Shown one piece after another: positions 1 to 9,311 of a stretch of 64,000 nt of DNA. The stretch's first letter is position 1. Each line of letters begins with the position of its first letter. The position numbers and the translations under genes are program-made. The stretch is from Candidatus Calditenuis fumarioli (GTDB lineage: Archaea; Thermoproteota; Nitrososphaeria_A; Caldarchaeales; Calditenuaceae): NCBI GenBank assembly GCA_030059665.1, contig JANVYR010000001.1, positions 1-64,000 on the forward strand, in the 5' to 3' direction. The notes under the pieces were generated by a model that had not been told where the DNA came from, made no database searches, and saw only the letters and a program-made list of their open reading frames with translations.

Positions 1-533
1 CTCTCATCTAGAAATATCCCCCTAGGATCAGCCATCTCGGAGTTAATGCCGTAAATTGCCCTGTCGGGGTGTGGACACGAATTCCCCGATGTCGATAATC
101 TTTCCCTGTCCAGGACTATGGCTCCGAACGTCTGCACCGATATCGCTATTTCGTTCTCACCTACGGAGATTCCCCAGGCCCTGTGAGGTACCATAATTTT
201 CCGTTTAGGTGCAGCGTTACCGTCGTCCTCGTAATCGAAGACGACCATGCTGTCCTCGATGTCGTTGTTCACAGCAAATATCTCCCCCGCTCGATGTCTA
301 AAGCTATGCCCGCAACGAAGCCCACCTCTGTTTCTGGTCCTATTATTTGACGAAATGGTTCTACGACAGGTCCATTGGATTTCGCATCGTCCATGGAGAA
401 GATGAGAATGCTTTTCCTGTTAGGGTCCGAGAGGACCAGTTTCCTAGTGAACGAGTCTAAAGTCGTCCCATGTATTATCTGGATAAGGATCTGCGATTGA
501 TCGGAATGGTTTGTAGTGAAGCTCGTCGGTCAT
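1..533 (-). pseudogene. Frameshifted NHL-repeat/beta-propeller-like gene, runs off the left window edge
   Basis: Manual translation from ATG at 533 gives MTDELHYKPFRSIADPYP. After skipping 1 nt at ~479 it reads IIHGTTLDSFTRKLVLSDPNRKSILIF...GFVAGIALDIERG. After adding 1 nt in the G5 run (284-288) it reads EIFAVNNDIEDSMVVFDY...HRAWGISV...MADPRGIFLD, open to base 1. The periodic 'GI.xD' blades are NHL/YVTN-like. A TATA-like TTTAAATA lies ~25 nt upstream. Confidence 0.55.
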
Positions 534-758
534 CAGGTTAAGTCTGCAGGCGCTTATATTTAAACATGGTTATCTATTTGTTTAGTCGTGATGCGACACT
601 AATATAGGCATAATTCTAAAGGCCGCTTAGTCATGCCATTGAGCGGTCTTATGTGGTTTGGTCGTTCATAAGTGCGCCCTGATTAAAGTAGCAGATATAG
701 AGACGTAGAAGAGGCAGAAGACTCGAGAGATTGAACGGTTGGCGTAAATCCTCATGTG

Positions 759-956
759 TTACGTCTCTCCGAGCGTCCTTTTGACCTCCTCTCTTAAGCC
801 TCTGACCAGCTGCATCCTAGCATCGAAGACTGAGTTGCACTCCGTACACCTGACGGCCATCGGTGCGTTGAGCTCCCAGACGAACTCCTTGCCGCAGTGC
901 TCACACGTCAGAATTATCCCCTTGAGGACCGCTCTATGCTCCTCCACTCGGTTCAC
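759..956 (-). CDS. Small Zn-ribbon/rubredoxin-like protein (CxxC-x16-CxxC), 65 aa
   Basis: CEHC...CTEC motif; GTGA 4-nt overlap with the stop of the upstream diiron-enzyme gene. Confidence 0.7.
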   Translation of the reverse strand: MNRVEEHRAVLKGIILTCEHCGKEFVWELNAPMAVRCTECNSVFDARMQLVRGLREEVKRTLGET

Positions 957-1861
957 CTCTTACTGGCCCTAAGCGTCTCGTAGAACTTCCTCCATCCCTC
1001 ATATTCCCTTATTATCGCCTCCTTGAAAGCCCTCTCTGCGATTTCCTGGAGTTCCTTCGTGACGCAGTACTTAGCGAGAATGTACTGCCCGAACCTCTCG
1101 TGGTAGATGTCTATGTAGCTGTGAACGTCGGGGTGTATCAGATGTCTCTCGGGAATCTTGTAGACCTTCCTCAGAGCAATAGCGACCTGTCTGGTTGGCT
1201 TAGGTATCCACCTCTCCCTAAGCATCTGGGCTGCAGCTATCTCTACGAAGTGGCCTTCCATGCACAGCTTGAGATAGTAGAGGTCCCTCTTGGTCAGGTG
1301 AAGGTCGCCTATGTCGTGGGCGGAGACCTCCCTTTCAGCCTCCTCCCTGCTCATCCCGAAGGCGCCAGTCAACAGGTCGAACAGCATCTCGTTGTGACCC
1401 GTCTCCTCGAAGAGGTGCCTAGCTATCATGTCCCTCACCTCCTTAAGTCCCGCGAGATGTGCCCTGAAGTGCGCTATGCCCTCGTACATGAATGAGGTGC
1501 CCGCATATCTGGCCAGATTTACGGCCCAACTCTTCAGCTCCTCCCATGTCAGCTCTCCCTTGACTATCAGCGGAGTCTGATTGGGGAAGAATGGCTCTCC
1601 CGAGTGATCCCTCATGAACCCGTTGTGCCACTCGATCAACCTCTCGACGAATTCCGCTGCCGGAAGCTCTTTCCATCCCTGCCAGCCCACGGAGAAGATT
1701 CCCTTGACAGGCGTGTAGGCACCGACGACGTGCAGCTCCCTTTCGCTGCCCTTGACGTGTTTCGCGTAGCTGAAGGGTTCGAGTCTGAACTGAACCTTTA
1801 GAGCCTCTACTATCTCCCTTTCATACGCTTCGTCATGAAAAAGTGATCCGGTTCCTGTCAC
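953..1861 (-). CDS. Heme-oxygenase-like diiron oxidase/oxygenase (HDO; TenA/PqqC/CADD superfamily)
   Basis: Ligand pattern EETGH ... E ... HxxxDxxH (VHSYIDIYH). The ORF is open to 1918, but GTG at 1861 is preferred because BRE+TATA lies ~23 nt upstream. Confidence 0.75.
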   Translation of the reverse strand: MTGTGSLFHDEAYEREIVEALKVQFRLEPFSYAKHVKGSERELHVVGAYTPVKGIFSVGWQGWKELPAAEFVERLIEWHNGFMRDHSGEPFFPNQTPLIVKGELTWEELKSWAVNLARYAGTSFMYEGIAHFRAHLAGLKEVRDMIARHLFEETGHNEMLFDLLTGAFGMSREEAEREVSAHDIGDLHLTKRDLYYLKLCMEGHFVEIAAAQMLRERWIPKPTRQVAIALRKVYKIPERHLIHPDVHSYIDIYHERFGQYILAKYCVTKELQEIAERAFKEAIIREYEGWRKFYETLRASKR

Positions 1862-1883
1862 GGGAGAGCTGTAGTATAGGGCG

Positions 1884-1898
1884 ATATAAATTTTTAGG
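1884..1898 (-). promoter_or_regulatory. Archaeal BRE/TATA promoter of the HDO gene
   Basis: Minus strand CCTAAAAA-TTTATAT, 23 nt from GTG 1861. Confidence 0.55.
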
Positions 1899-1955
1899 CT
1901 TAAGTTAAACCTTTTCAAAAAATATTTTTATATCAAACTAAAGATTGCGAAGGGC

Positions 1956-3101
1956 GTGAGAGACTCCACTTGTCGTAGAGGACCCGATTCAGATTATTCG
2001 ATTAGCAGGCGTAAGGCCATCTCTAAGGTTGCGGCGACCCTTGTCGCGACCGCCTTTGCGGCCGGTGTTGGAGGATACTATATCGGTGCATCTACAGGAT
2101 CGCAACGATTGCAAACGGAGGCTAGGACCGTTACCGTTCAGAAAATCTCCACTGTTACTATGACGCCTGCGCGACAACCAGTCACAATAAGTTTCACTAA
2201 TACTCAAGGGATGAGGGGGGCATCACTCCCCTCTCTCGTGATAGAGAACGTCAAGGAAATCCGTGAAATGTTGAAAGTCGATTTAAAATATAACATTGTC
2301 AGAGGCGCTGGTGAAGCATTAAAGGAACTCGCTGACGGTAGAGCAGACGTAGTTGCTGTCACACCAGCTCTCAATGCATTTCAAGCTTTTGAGACGAATC
2401 CAGAACTCAAGATTAAGATAGTTTACTTTGCAGACATAAGTGATACGAGCGGATTTATTGTTGGAGCTAATTCACCATTTAATTCGCTGGAGGACATAAA
2501 ACGTGATATTCAGCAGGGGAGGAAGATAAAAGTTGGGATTAGTAGACCGGGTTCGAAGGTACATCTGCTCTCCTATGTCTTGGCCCACGTGTTAGGCACC
2601 AAAATAGGGGAGGGGATCGAAGTCGTTGCTCTTGGAGAGGTAGATGCAATAGTAGCGGCCCTTACTAGGGGGGAGATAGATGGTTTTCCATGGTCTTTAG
2701 ACACCTTATGGCGATTGGAAGAGGAGAATAAAGGGAAGGTGATCTATTACTTCAGCGAATACTTTGGTCCTCAATGGCACGAGCGCACATTTGTTACGAC
2801 AGAAGAAGTAATTGCAAAGAATCCAGAAATAGTTGGTCGTTTCATCGAACTATGGCGTGAAGCCATTAGGTATTATCAGCTACATAGGGAAAAAGTAATA
2901 ACGCTGATGGCGTCACCGCCACCAGTTGGAATTGGAACTACTCCAACAATAGCGAAACGGTACACGGGAGTGTACCAGCCGAATTATGTTGGAGCACCCT
3001 TAATGGAAGCAATAGATAACGCAGTTAAGATAGGGTCAGCAATAGGATTATTAAAGAGGTCTCCACCGATAGACCAATTGTACACTACAAGATTTCTATG
3101 A
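1956..3101 (+). CDS. NMT1/SsuA/TauA-like ABC substrate-binding protein, paralog 1, twin-arginine N-terminal anchor
   Basis: SRRKA plus hydrophobic helix and Thr-rich linker; GISRPGS, DAIVAALTRGEIDGFPW, 'KNPEIVGRF' PBP2-type motifs. Confidence 0.8.
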   Translation: MRDSTCRRGPDSDYSISRRKAISKVAATLVATAFAAGVGGYYIGASTGSQRLQTEARTVTVQKISTVTMTPARQPVTISFTNTQGMRGASLPSLVIENVKEIREMLKVDLKYNIVRGAGEALKELADGRADVVAVTPALNAFQAFETNPELKIKIVYFADISDTSGFIVGANSPFNSLEDIKRDIQQGRKIKVGISRPGSKVHLLSYVLAHVLGTKIGEGIEVVALGEVDAIVAALTRGEIDGFPWSLDTLWRLEEENKGKVIYYFSEYFGPQWHERTFVTTEEVIAKNPEIVGRFIELWREAIRYYQLHREKVITLMASPPPVGIGTTPTIAKRYTGVYQPNYVGAPLMEAIDNAVKIGSAIGLLKRSPPIDQLYTTRFL

Positions 3102-3454
3102 TGTTTCTGAGGTATGATAGATAACCAACGTTGTGCAGGGCAATTTCTGCGCTTATCTTCTCATCATTCGAATATCTCCAGTGGACTAGTTGCGATGCCT
3201 TCCTAGTCTTGTTGCCTTCAGAATTGCTTTAGGCGACGTTTTTCGGTGCCCAAAGGCGCGGGTTTTCCTGATTGGATGAGCGGATGTGCACCTCGACATC
3301 GGAGAGTGAAGAAGGATGAAGGGTCTTCATAGGGCTAGACAGGAAGATGCTACAAGCGATCATGATTATGCATGACGAGGGTCGAGGATAATAGCAGAGT
3401 GTAGAACCAATCGGGTGGGCTATCGATCAAAAGAGGTAGGGTACTTCCTCTTAT

Positions 3455-3660
3455 ATGATGTTCATTTCGTATTCTTGGTATCCGTTCCTGTCCTTTCCGT
3501 CCTCCCCTACTCAGATGATCGCAGTAGACGGATTTGAGACCTCCCATGAACCTGACCTTCCTGAGGTAGTTCAGGCACCTCTCCCTATCAGGAAGGAAGG
3601 CAGGCCTCACCGCATCGGGGTCCACGAAGAACGCCTGCAAAGAAGGAATATTAATCCCTT
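3455..3660 (-). mobile_element. Degraded IS1595/IS1-like transposase N-terminal (Zn-ribbon) remnant
   Basis: FLPDRERCLNYLRKVRFMGGLKSVYC; a shifted frame then reads VGEDGKDRNGYQEY. Restoring two single-base deletions gives C-G-S-S-E-V-G-E-D-G-K-D-R-N-G-Y-Q, matching the CxxCGS..V.K.GK...G.QRY pattern. No DDE core is seen. Confidence 0.4.
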
Positions 3661-3683
3661 ATGAGAACGAGATGAGCACTCGG

Positions 3684-4011
3684 ATTAAACCACAAGGCAA
3701 GTGTCGAGGAGCATGTCTAAAAATTCTCCACACGCTTATTAACAATCGGCTTAATTCATCGTCCTATTTCCGCTCTCCAAGCCCTGGAGAGGCGATTTTC
3801 AGGGGCAGTTCTCCGGTTGAAGTAAGCTTTTACATGAACTTTTTGGGAAGGTTTAAGTAGTGATTTGTCATGCGATGCAGGTCGCCATACCAACTTTTAT
3901 ACTTTTCGACAAAGCTTATACGAAATTTGGAGAAAGCGCAAAGACACCACCAAGATTTCCGGGAATTGGGGCATTGGAGGCGAAAAGTTCAGAGAATTAA
4001 TCCACAAGGCA
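3684..4011. repeat. Imperfect 16-bp direct repeat ATTAA(A/T)CCACAAGGCA at 3684-3699 and 3996-4011
   Basis: 15/16 identity read directly from the sequence. Confidence 0.6.
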
Positions 4012-4056
4012 CAATCATAGAAAAATTAATAATTTAGTATCTTTAATGCGAACGGC

Positions 4057-5205
4057 GTGGACAACTCGCACAAACGAGTCTACACCAGAAGGGAGGCCAT
4101 TGCGAAATCGATAGCAGGGATCGCTGGGGCGGCTGTGGTGGCTGGAGTCGGTGGATATCTCCTCGGGTCATCAGCTGGAGCCGTCACTAAAACCGTTACC
4201 GCGCAACAGGGAATCCAGACGGTGATCAGGACTTTATTGACAACTGTTAGGGAGACCACAACCGTTACAGCGGAACCGAGATTGGAACCCATCAATATAA
4301 AGTTCACAAATACACAGGGAGGTAGAGGTACAGCTCCGAACACTCTCATCCACGAAAACCGGAAGGAACTGGCTGAAAAGTACAAGATCAACTTCAACTA
4401 TAACGTAGTTGAAGGGACGGGTGCTGCAGTCAAAGAGTTGGTTGAGGGAAGGGCTGATATTATAGGGCCCGCCACAGTAGCAGGATTAGCTGCAGCCATG
4501 GAACAGAATCCGCAGATCAAAATAGTGTATTTCGTGGATATTGGGGTATATACCACCTTCATGGTAGGTCCAAACTCACCATACAAGTCCCTGAGCGATC
4601 TAAGGGAAGCCATACGTCAAGGGAAGAAGATCCGCGTGGGTTACTCAAGGCCAGGTTCCCTGTCTTACACCTACACAGTGATACTGGCACACATCCTTGG
4701 AACTAAACTGGGAGAAGGGGTTGAAGGTGTGGCACTCGGCGCGATCGACGCCATAGTTGCTGCCACGGTGCGAGGGGAGGTAGACGGATTTCCGTGGACT
4801 CCGGACGTCCACTGGAGGCTTGAAGAGGAGGGGAAGGGGAGAGTCATTTACAGCTTCAGCGAATACTTCGGGTCGAAATGGCACGAACTCTGCTTCGCGA
4901 CGACAGAACAGATCATAAGGAACAATCCGGAAATGATCAGCAGGTTCGTGAACTACTGGCGCGATGTGACTCGCTATTATCTTCTGAACAGAGAGGAGGC
5001 GATTTCTCTGATGATGGCACAACCGCCGAAGGGGTTCGGAATGAGCAAGAACGTTGCCGAGAGATATTATTCAACGTACCTCGTGAATTACGTCGGTGCA
5101 CCTATCCGAGAAGCTCTTGCGAACGTCGACTTCTTCGCCAAGCTGACCGGTGTTGCCAAGAACCCACCACCAATAGACCAGTGGTATACAACTCAATTCC
5201 TTTAA
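4057..5205 (+). CDS. NMT1/SsuA-like substrate-binding protein, paralog 2
   Basis: TRREA signal; NTQGGRG, GYSRPGS, VDGFPW, WHE and C-terminal PPIDQWYTTQFL are shared with the paralogs. Confidence 0.8.
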   Translation: MDNSHKRVYTRREAIAKSIAGIAGAAVVAGVGGYLLGSSAGAVTKTVTAQQGIQTVIRTLLTTVRETTTVTAEPRLEPINIKFTNTQGGRGTAPNTLIHENRKELAEKYKINFNYNVVEGTGAAVKELVEGRADIIGPATVAGLAAAMEQNPQIKIVYFVDIGVYTTFMVGPNSPYKSLSDLREAIRQGKKIRVGYSRPGSLSYTYTVILAHILGTKLGEGVEGVALGAIDAIVAATVRGEVDGFPWTPDVHWRLEEEGKGRVIYSFSEYFGSKWHELCFATTEQIIRNNPEMISRFVNYWRDVTRYYLLNREEAISLMMAQPPKGFGMSKNVAERYYSTYLVNYVGAPIREALANVDFFAKLTGVAKNPPPIDQWYTTQFL

Positions 5206-5324
5206 GTACTGCGTTTTTTGAGAATTGAATATAAGCTTTACTAAAAGAAATAAAAATTGGTACGGGTAATCTTCCTATCATGAAAATTTGGATGAGATAT
5301 ATTTAAATAACAGAATTAATTAAA

Positions 5325-6503
5325 TTGACCGAGATGTCGGAATACAACTCGTCTTTTATTGTTTCTAGGAGAAGAGCTTTGGCGAGGATCGTGGGTGGCG
5401 TAATCGGTGCGGCGATAGCTGCAGGCGTGGGAGGGTATTTCGTTGGGTCGAGTATCGGAAGGGGGGAGAAAACTGTGACATTAACTCAACGCGGTTCAGA
5501 GGTCACTAGAACAGTCTTTTCCACCGTGAGAGAGGTTGTGACGACCACCGTCAGAGCTGAACCCGTGCCGCTATCAGTAAGAATAACCACCACACAAGGA
5601 GGGATTGGTCTCGCGCCCTATCACCTGATCATACAGAGGTATCTGGACGGAGGTCAGGAGATGGCAAAGAAGTTAGGACTCAGGGTGGACGCGTTCAATG
5701 TCGTCCGAGGAACTGGGGAGGCGATGAAGGAGTTGCTCGAGGGACGCGCAGATGTGATCACGGGTGTTAATGTGATAGAGGCCGCAAGACAGGTGGAAGA
5801 GACTAAAGGCGAGGTCAAGATATTCTACTTCTGCGAATATGGGAATTACGTTTCGCTGGTGGTGGCGCCCAATTCGCAGTATAAATCAATAGAAGACCTT
5901 CGACGGGTCGTCAGAGAGGGCAAAAGGTTGAAGGTAGGATTCTCTAGGCCAGGATCGCTTACCCACGCCTATGTCTACATACTGAGTACCATACTAGGAA
6001 CTGAGATCGGAAAAGGGATCGAAGCAGTGTCGTTGGGCGAGTTCGATGCGATAGTGGCGGCCCTCAACAGAGGTGAGATAGACTGCTTCCCATGGAGCGT
6101 GAGCAGGACGTTCTCTTTAGAAGAGACCGGTAAAGGAAAAATAATTTATTACTTCAACGAGTTCCTGGGGACGAAGTGGCATGATTTGTGTCACGTTTCT
6201 ACGACAAGCTACCTACAGAAGAACAAAGAGACAGTTAGGAGGTTCGTTTCATACTGGCGGGAAGCCGTGCGTGCTTGGATGCTCAACCCGGAGCTTTCCA
6301 TCTCGCTAATGAAGGCTGACCCTCCGAAGGGACTTGGCCTCACCGACTCTGCGGCTAAAAGGTGGTACAATACGCTCGTGCCTAACCCGCTTGGTGCGCC
6401 TAACACCGATGCTCTGAAGGAGATAGAGAAGTACGGTAAGCTCATAGGACTTTTAAAGAATCCCCCACCTGTTGAGCAATGGTACACAACAGAGTACCTG
6501 TGA
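5325..6503 (+). CDS. NMT1/SsuA-like substrate-binding protein, paralog 3
   Basis: SRRRA signal; GFSRPGS, IDCFPW, PPVEQWYTTEYL. The start may be ATG 5334. Confidence 0.8.
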   Translation: MTEMSEYNSSFIVSRRRALARIVGGVIGAAIAAGVGGYFVGSSIGRGEKTVTLTQRGSEVTRTVFSTVREVVTTTVRAEPVPLSVRITTTQGGIGLAPYHLIIQRYLDGGQEMAKKLGLRVDAFNVVRGTGEAMKELLEGRADVITGVNVIEAARQVEETKGEVKIFYFCEYGNYVSLVVAPNSQYKSIEDLRRVVREGKRLKVGFSRPGSLTHAYVYILSTILGTEIGKGIEAVSLGEFDAIVAALNRGEIDCFPWSVSRTFSLEETGKGKIIYYFNEFLGTKWHDLCHVSTTSYLQKNKETVRRFVSYWREAVRAWMLNPELSISLMKADPPKGLGLTDSAAKRWYNTLVPNPLGAPNTDALKEIEKYGKLIGLLKNPPPVEQWYTTEYL

Positions 6504-6596
6504 CCGCCGCTAACGGTATGAACGGAGGAGCGATAATGAAGCTCAAACATACAGTATATATTTCACGCTTGAAAGCAAAAGATACGTGAGCTGAAA

Positions 6597-8264
6597 ATGA
6601 TTGGGTCGCACGTTCTTTTAACGACGCTCCAAGAGTTGGGATTGACGACCGTATTCGGTAATCCGGGCTCGACGGAGGTTCCATGGTTAGACGAGTTGCC
6701 TAAGTTCGAGGGCATATGGTACGTCCTCGCCCTTCATGAGTCTATCGCCGTGAGCATGGCAGACGGGTATGCCCAGGCTAGAAGGGGACCTGCCGTCGCA
6801 TCCGTTCACGCGTCTCCGGGCTTCCTCCACTGCATGAGCGCCTTATATAATGCTAAGGTCGCAGGGACGCCGGTCATTGTACTAGCTGGTCAGATCGAAA
6901 GCGAGATCCTCATAAGGGATCCATTCTTGGCCTCGGATTTTGTGTCTGCTTCACGGGGATATGCAAAATGGGCATGGGAACTCAGGTCGGCAAACGAGAT
7001 AAGGTATGCTATTAGGAGGGCTGTAAAGGTAGCCACATCTCCTCCAACCGGACCTGTAGTTCTTTCAGTCCCCAGAGATTTCTTCGACGAGGAGATAGAA
7101 TGGGACATGCCGATGCCTACAGACTACAGGTCGGTACCTTGGGACTACGCACCGGAGGAAGACGTAATTGAGAGAGCCTCGGAACTCCTCCTCAATTCCG
7201 AGTCCCCTGCCATGATATGTGGGCCCGAGGTAAGATGGTTCAATGCGATCCCCGAGTGTGTTTCACTTGCAGACCTCCTGGGACTCAAGGTCTACGACGA
7301 CGTGCGATTTGGGATCTATTTTCCAGTTACCCACCGCTTCTATTTCGGAAGTTTCACCAAAGACGACCTCAAATCCCACGACCTCATTCTAGTTGTTGGT
7401 CAGAAATTATTTTATGAGAGGACCCGTGAACAAGTCCCCCTCGTGAGCAGGAATCAAAGGATTCTGCACATAACCACGGATCCCATTGAGCTCGGAAAGA
7501 ACTATGAAGCAACCCTCTGTATACTCGGAAATCCAAAGAATGTGGTAGCGAAGTTGGTGAAGAAGTGCTCCGAGAAACTATCATCGTGGTCTGAAAAGGT
7601 TGAGAGGCGTAAGAAGGAGTTGGAGAGGGAAAGATCCGCAAAGCTGGACGAAGACGAGCGTGAGCTGAAGGACTATTACGACAGGAAACCGGTTTCGCCC
7701 CACAGGCTTGTCAGAGAGGTCGATCGCGTCTTCGGAAACAATGGGAGATTGAACGTGGTTGTTGAGGCCGTGACCACGCAGCCCTACATACGTCGATACC
7801 TCAAGTCGCTTACCGGAGACAATTACTATTCGTCACCGGGAGCAGCGCTGGGATGGGGAGTTGCTGCAGCTGTGGGCGTTAAGCTCGCTAGAGGGGAAGA
7901 AGAGGTGGTTTGCTTCACAGGAGATGGTGCGTTCATGTACTATCCACAGTCCCTCTGGACTGCAGCTAGGATGGGACTTAAAATTGTGACCATAATTGCG
8001 AATAACAGAGCCTACATGAATGACAAGCTTCATCTCATGAGCAGAAGAGGCCATGCTTATAAGATGGGGTACTATCAACCAGTCGAAATAGACAACCCTC
8101 CTATCTCATTCGTGAGCATAGCAAAGGGGATAGGTTGCGACGGTTTGGAGGTCAAAGATCCCTCGGAGCTCCAGGACGCGCTGGAGAAGGCCTTATCGAG
8201 CGATCGGCCGTTCGTCATCGACGTCAGGGTAGACCCGGAGGTCTTCGACAGGTCAAGGGTGTGA
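6597..8264 (+). CDS. Thiamine diphosphate-dependent enzyme, benzoylformate decarboxylase (MdlC)-like
   Basis: VFGNPGSTE, LHE (catalytic Glu), GDGAFMY...NN ThDP motif. Confidence 0.85.
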   Translation: MIGSHVLLTTLQELGLTTVFGNPGSTEVPWLDELPKFEGIWYVLALHESIAVSMADGYAQARRGPAVASVHASPGFLHCMSALYNAKVAGTPVIVLAGQIESEILIRDPFLASDFVSASRGYAKWAWELRSANEIRYAIRRAVKVATSPPTGPVVLSVPRDFFDEEIEWDMPMPTDYRSVPWDYAPEEDVIERASELLLNSESPAMICGPEVRWFNAIPECVSLADLLGLKVYDDVRFGIYFPVTHRFYFGSFTKDDLKSHDLILVVGQKLFYERTREQVPLVSRNQRILHITTDPIELGKNYEATLCILGNPKNVVAKLVKKCSEKLSSWSEKVERRKKELERERSAKLDEDERELKDYYDRKPVSPHRLVREVDRVFGNNGRLNVVVEAVTTQPYIRRYLKSLTGDNYYSSPGAALGWGVAAAVGVKLARGEEEVVCFTGDGAFMYYPQSLWTAARMGLKIVTIIANNRAYMNDKLHLMSRRGHAYKMGYYQPVEIDNPPISFVSIAKGIGCDGLEVKDPSELQDALEKALSSDRPFVIDVRVDPEVFDRSRV

Positions 8265-8267
8265 GAG

Positions 8268-9278
8268 TTGATCATTGATGCGTACACCCACATAACACCC
8301 ATCAGATATCTAAAACAGCTGGGAATGAGAATAGGTGAACCTGCCAGAGCGGCGATCGAGCGACTCGAGCATGCTGGCGAGAAATACAGGCATTTCTGGG
8401 ACGTTGGGGAGAGGGTGAGAGTTCTGAAGGAATACGGGATAGACCATCAGGTGGTTGCAGTACACCACTTCATAGATCCCAATAATTGGGCCGAGGGAGA
8501 GTTACTGCTGGAGCTTTGCAGGGTCCTGAACGATGAGATGGCTGAGATATGCAAGAGGTCCGGTGAAGCGTTAATAGGTATTGGGGCTGCACCGCTGAAC
8601 GCACTCGATATCGGAGGAAGAGAGGAGATGAGGAGGGCAGTCAGGGAGCTGGGTCTCAGAGGCTTCATGGTCGAGACGAACGTCCGCGGTGTTCCAATAG
8701 ACAAATTCGAAGCTTTCTGGGAGGAAGCCAATGAGCTTTCATGTGCAGTTTACGTTCATCCCAACGATCCCCACGAAAAGTCCTGCAGATCATACGAAGA
8801 CGAATACGATATGATGCACGTCTTTGGGTGGCCCTTTGAGACGACCCTCATCCTGACTAGGCTCGTCTTCTCAGGTACGCTCCTCAGGAATCCCAACGTT
8901 AAGGTGGTTGCGCACCATGCGGGAGGAATGATCCCGTTCTTCGCAGGGAGGATTAACGAGTCTTACTCGAGACTCTCATTCCAGCTCCGTCCCGAGCAAA
9001 CCCTTGGGGTCCTATCATCAGGCGAGGTTATAGATCACTTCAAGACCGGTCAGATCTTATACGACACTGCAGTTGGAGGGAACCCGCATGCGATAATGTG
9101 CGCGATTTCCGTGTTCGGTCACGATAAGATGGTCTTCGCAACGGACTTTCCTTGGGGACCCAATGGAGGATTATCGAGGCTTGAGAGGTATCCAAAGATC
9201 GTAGAATCGTTGGGCTTAGATGCCGATCAACTAGAGGACGTCTTCTTCAGGAATGCCAGCAGACTGCTGCGAATCTAG
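8268..9278 (+). CDS. Amidohydrolase-2 family enzyme (ACMSD/LigW/LigJ-like decarboxylase or hydratase)
   Basis: IIDAYTH, YVHP, HHAGGMIPFFAGRI, YDTA, FATDFPW motifs. Confidence 0.85.
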   Translation: MIIDAYTHITPIRYLKQLGMRIGEPARAAIERLEHAGEKYRHFWDVGERVRVLKEYGIDHQVVAVHHFIDPNNWAEGELLLELCRVLNDEMAEICKRSGEALIGIGAAPLNALDIGGREEMRRAVRELGLRGFMVETNVRGVPIDKFEAFWEEANELSCAVYVHPNDPHEKSCRSYEDEYDMMHVFGWPFETTLILTRLVFSGTLLRNPNVKVVAHHAGGMIPFFAGRINESYSRLSFQLRPEQTLGVLSSGEVIDHFKTGQILYDTAVGGNPHAIMCAISVFGHDKMVFATDFPWGPNGGLSRLERYPKIVESLGLDADQLEDVFFRNASRLLRI

Positions 9279-9311
9279 TCACGAGGATCTAAAGCCCCAT
9301 TGAATGATAGA

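Noticed and set aside
3098-3125. ATGATG/CTGA box C/D-like motifs after SBP1
   Set aside because: The spacing is too short for guide regions and the motif overlaps the stop codon.
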